From contig NC_073396.1 in NCBI RefSeq assembly GCF_028641065.1, positions 372,001 through 436,000 of the forward strand: DNA of 64,000 nt, read 5' to 3'. Shown in pieces: positions 62,301 to 64,000 of this stretch; within the stretch, counting starts at the first letter, position 1; each line of letters opens with the position of its first letter. The notes below the pieces were generated by a model. It searched no databases, was not told the origin of the DNA, and saw only the letters and a program-made list of their open reading frames with translations. The position numbers and the translations under genes are program-made. This DNA comes from Leucoraja erinacea (Eukaryota).

Positions 62301-64000
62301 GTCAAATGTGGGTCCCTTGAAGGCAGACACGGGTGAAATTAGTACGGGGAACAAGGAAATGGCAGAAGAGTTGAACAGGTACTTCGGATCTATCTTCACT
62401 AAGGAAGACACAAACAATCTCCCAGAAGTACTGGAGGACAGAGGATCTAAGGGAATTGAGGAACTGAAATAAATTTTCATTAGGTGAGAAATAGTATTGG
62501 CTAATGGGACTGAAGGATGATAAATCCCCAGGGCCTGATGGACTGCATCCCAGGGTCCTCAGGGAGGTGGCTCTAGAAATAGTGGACGCATTGGTGATCA
62601 TTTTCCAATGTTCAATAGATTCAGGATCAGTTCCTGTGGATTGGAGGATAGCTAATGTTATCCCACTTTTCAAGAAAGGTGCGAGAGAGAAAACAGGGAA
62701 AGATGCTGGAGTCAATTATTAAAGAGGTAATAATGGGACATTTGGATAGCAGTAAAAGGATTAGTCCGTCAGCATGGATTTATGAAAGGAAAATCATGCT
62801 TGACTAATCTTCTGGAATTTTTTGAGGATGTGACAAGTAAAATGGATGAAGGGGAGCCAGTGGATGTAGTGTATCTAGACTTTCAGAAAGCCTTTGATAA
62901 GGTCCCGCACAGGAGACTGGTGACTAAAATTAGAGCGCATGGTATTGGGGGTAGGGTGTTGACGTGGATAGAAAATTAGTTGGCAGACAGGAAGCAAAGA
63001 GTAGGAGTGAACGGGTCCTTTTTAGAATGGCAGGCAATGGCGAGTGGAGTGCCGCAAGGCTCGGTGTTGGGGCCGCAACTGTTTACCATATATATTAATG
63101 ATTTGGAAGAGGGAATCAGGAGCAACACTAGCAAGTTTGCGGATGACACAAAGCTGGGTGGCAGTGTGAACTGTGAAGAAGATGTTAGGGGGTTGCAGGG
63201 TGACCTGGACAGGTTGAGTGAGTGGGCAGATGCATGGCAGATGCAGTATAATATAGATAAATGTGAGGTTATCCACTTTGGTGGCAAAAGCAAGGGGGCA
63301 GATTATTATCTCAATGGGGTTATGTTAGGTACAGTGAGACCTGAGTGTCCTTGTACACCGGTCACAGAAAGTTGGCGTGCAGGTACAGCAGGCAGTGAAG
63401 AAAGCTAATGGAATGTTGGCCTTCATAACAAGAGGATTTCAGTATAGGAATAGAGAGGTTCTTCTGCAGTTGTATAGGGCTCTGGTAAGACCACATCTGG
63501 AGTATTGTGTACAGTTTTGGTCTCCTAATTTGAGGAAGGACATCCTTATGATTGAGGCAGTGCAGCGTAGGTTCATGAGATTGATCCCTGGGATGGCGGG
63601 ACTGTCATATGAGGAAAGATCGAAGAGACTAGGCTTGTATTCACTGGAGTTTAGAAGGATGAGGGGGATCTTATAGAAACATATAACATTATAAAAGGAC
63701 TGGACAAGCTAGATGCAGGAAAAATGTTGGGTGAGTCCAGAACCAGGGACCACAGTCTTAGAATAAAGGGGAGGCCATCTAAGACTGAGGTGAGAAAAAT
63801 CTTTTTCACCCAGAGAGTTGTAAATTTGTGGAATTCCCTGCCACAGAGGGCAGTGGAGGCCAAATCACTGGATGGATTTAAGAGAGAGTTAGATAGAGCT
63901 CTAGGGGCTAGTGTAGTCAAGGGATATGGGGAGAAGGCAGGCACGGGTTATTAATTGGGGATGATCAGCCATGATCGCAATGAATGGCGGTGCTGGCTCG
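62301..64000 (+). mobile_element. Long decayed CR1 ORF2 (RT domain) running to the 3'UTR at the window edge
   Basis: KSPGPDGLHPRVLRE, GKSCLTNLLEFF, YLDFQKAFDKV, GVPQGSVLGP, KFADDTK, LVRPHLEYCVQFW; contains stops and frameshifts. Confidence 0.96.

Noticed and set aside
62301-64000. Active reverse transcriptase gene
   Set aside because: Multiple stops, frameshifts and deletions; 5'-truncated CR1 relic.

Overview
Repeat-rich vertebrate genomic DNA. The CR1, Rex/Babar, L2, Penelope and tRNA-SINE repeat families suggest a cartilaginous fish, probably a skate or ray (inference). Three spliced protein-coding genes can be assembled by hand from GT-AG sites and phase-compatible exons. (1) A Notum-family carboxylesterase with Notum2-type signatures on the minus strand, 10 coding exons at 19125->2397, catalytic Ser/Asp/His intact, last exon apparently left of the window. 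(2) A complete COQ7 on the minus strand, 5 coding exons at 54051->45568, 205 aa. (3) A gene I cannot name on the plus strand, head-to-head with COQ7, with 3 in-frame exons (54940-54986, 55514-55604, 60147-60344), three tandem RFX X-box-like motifs upstream and an N-terminus resembling C17orf98/SPMAP1 axonemal motifs. Almost all long ORFs in the supplied track are minisatellite or retrotransposon artefacts. Other notable items: hammerhead-ribozyme-like cores in many Penelope-derived 3' ends (some expanded into 66-bp arrays or long hairpins), a COQ7 intron-1 minisatellite built from the splice donor itself, a Harbinger-like MITE filled with minisatellite, several nested insertions and a 145-N gap. 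Repeat boundaries are approximate.
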